The notes below the pieces were generated by a model that saw only the letters and a list, made by a program, of their open reading frames with translations, did not search any database and was not told where the DNA came from. A stretch of DNA of 40,799 bases from a virus. Taxonomy: Duplodnaviria; Heunggongvirae; Uroviricota; Caudoviricetes. The translations under genes and the position numbers were made by a program. Positions 39,938 to 40,799 of this stretch are shown in pieces (within the stretch, counting starts at the first letter, position 1; each line of letters starts with the position of its first letter). The stretch spans positions 1-40,799 of the IMG/VR virus record IMGVR_UViG_2698536687_000008. One strand, written 5' to 3'.

Positions 39938-40215
39938 TGGACTCCTTCGCGAAATATACGATTATTGACTGGATAGCATTCCTTCAGGTTTTGCTCATCT
40001 GGTTTTATATGGCTTACAGGAGTGGACAGTGGATTGTCAGTGTAGCCTGTAGCAAGGGATGGCGTTGGTGGAACCGGAAGAATAAAAAAGCACTGGCATT
40101 GGATTCGTTTTACGAAGCATTCAATCTTAACAGCCTTCAGCCTGGTTCTGTCATTGTAGTCACCACTCAAAGCGGCATGACCATTCAGATTCATAAACCA
40201 AAAGAGGAAAAATGA
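39937..40215 (+). CDS. Hypothetical protein (92 aa)
   Basis: ATG 39937 after AGGAGG; hydrophobic N-terminal segment. Confidence 0.45.
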   Translation: MDSFAKYTIIDWIAFLQVLLIWFYMAYRSGQWIVSVACSKGWRWWNRKNKKALALDSFYEAFNLNSLQPGSVIVVTTQSGMTIQIHKPKEEK

Positions 40216-40373
40216 TGTGGCCTATATGTGTTAATTGCGGACGGATGTGCCTATCTGGATGGTGCCGAAAGTGCGACAAATGCACGAAGCAAAGACAATA
40301 ACAATCCTCGCACTCGCGGGGATTTCTTTTATCTGAACTCGCTACGGCGAGTTTTGTTTTATGGAGATGATAA

Positions 40374-40541
40374 ATGCACTTCCGAGTCACAGGTGAATGG
40401 AATGGAGAACCATTCAACAGAGTTATCGAAGCCGAGAACATCAACGACTGCTACGACCACTGGATGCTGTGGGCGCAGATAGCACATGCAGACGTAACCA
40501 ATATTCGAATTGAAGAACTGAAAGAACACCAAGCCGCCTGA
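40374..40541 (+). CDS. Hypothetical small protein (55 aa), last ORF before the terminator
   Basis: RBS GGAG 7 nt upstream of ATG; stop overlaps terminator stem. Confidence 0.35.
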   Translation: MHFRVTGEWNGEPFNRVIEAENINDCYDHWMLWAQIAHADVTNIRIEELKEHQAA

Positions 40542-40554
40542 TGGCGGTTTTTTA
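40533..40554 (+). terminator. Rho-independent terminator at the end of the pL operon
   Basis: GCCGCC-TGAT-GGCGG(T) stem-loop followed by TTTTTTATT. Confidence 0.6.
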
Positions 40555-40563
40555 TTGCCTGAT

Positions 40564-40579
40564 TTGCAGGTTCGATTCC
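40564..40579. repeat. 16-bp exact direct copy of the argW T-arm segment TTGCAGGTTCGATTCC (also at 1054-1069)
   Basis: Exact 16/16 match to tRNA positions 1054-1069; flanks on both sides are not tRNA-like; lies 19 bp upstream of torI ATG. Confidence 0.6.
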
Positions 40580-40598
40580 CTATTCGGAGATAGCACTC

Positions 40599-40799
40599 AT
40601 GCAACACGAACTACAACCTGATTCACTGGTTGATTTGAAATTCATCATGGCTGATACTGGCTTTGGTAAAACCTTCATCTACGACCGAATTAAGTCCGGC
40701 GACCTGCCTAAAGCCAAAGTTATCCACGGTCGAGCAAGATGGTTATATCGTGACCATTGTGAATTCAAAAATAAGCTCTTAAGCCGCGCTAATGGGTAA
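40599..40799 (+). CDS. torI: Excisionase / recombination directionality factor TorI
   Basis: 66 aa, MQHELQPDSLVDLKFIMADTGFGKTFIYDRIKSGDLPKAKV..., recognised as KplE1 TorI; stop codon is the last three bases of the window. Confidence 0.9.
   Translation: MQHELQPDSLVDLKFIMADTGFGKTFIYDRIKSGDLPKAKVIHGRARWLYRDHCEFKNKLLSRANG

Overview
This window reads as an Escherichia/Shigella-type chromosome segment: yfdC, then tRNA-Arg(CCU) argW, then an apparently complete ~39.7 kb P22-like temperate prophage at the KplE1/CPS-53 locus, ending at the torI stop codon. All calls come from reading the sequence and ORF track and from remembered protein families; no searches were run. Left to right: P4-type integrase intS; the O-antigen glucosylation operon gtrA-gtrB-gtrS; a convergent tailspike with a P22-type head-binding N-terminus; a reduced immI-like region (frameshifted HNH-AP2 endonuclease, orphan Mnt-like repressor); the minus-strand late operon (ejection proteins gp16/20/7, gp14, tail needle gp26, gp10, gp4, coat, scaffold, portal, TerL, TerS); a lambda-identical lysis and late-control block (Rz/Rz1, R, S, tR', 6S leader, pR', Q); a nin region (NinH, RusA, YbcO-like, Rha/KilAC antirepressor, NinF, NinE, Dam-like methyltransferase, NinB); three unknown ORFs at the ren position; DnaB-like helicase; an O-like initiator with internal iterons; cII, cro, cI; and a plus-strand pL operon (N, Ral, cIII-like, Kil-like, RecT, Gp157-like, Ea22/DUF551 proteins) ending at torI. 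I did not find a clearly novel multi-gene system. The best candidates for undescribed accessory functions are the membrane protein downstream of cI (rex position), the ren-position cluster, and the immI-like region. An exact 16-bp copy of the argW T-arm sits just upstream of torI and is unexplained.
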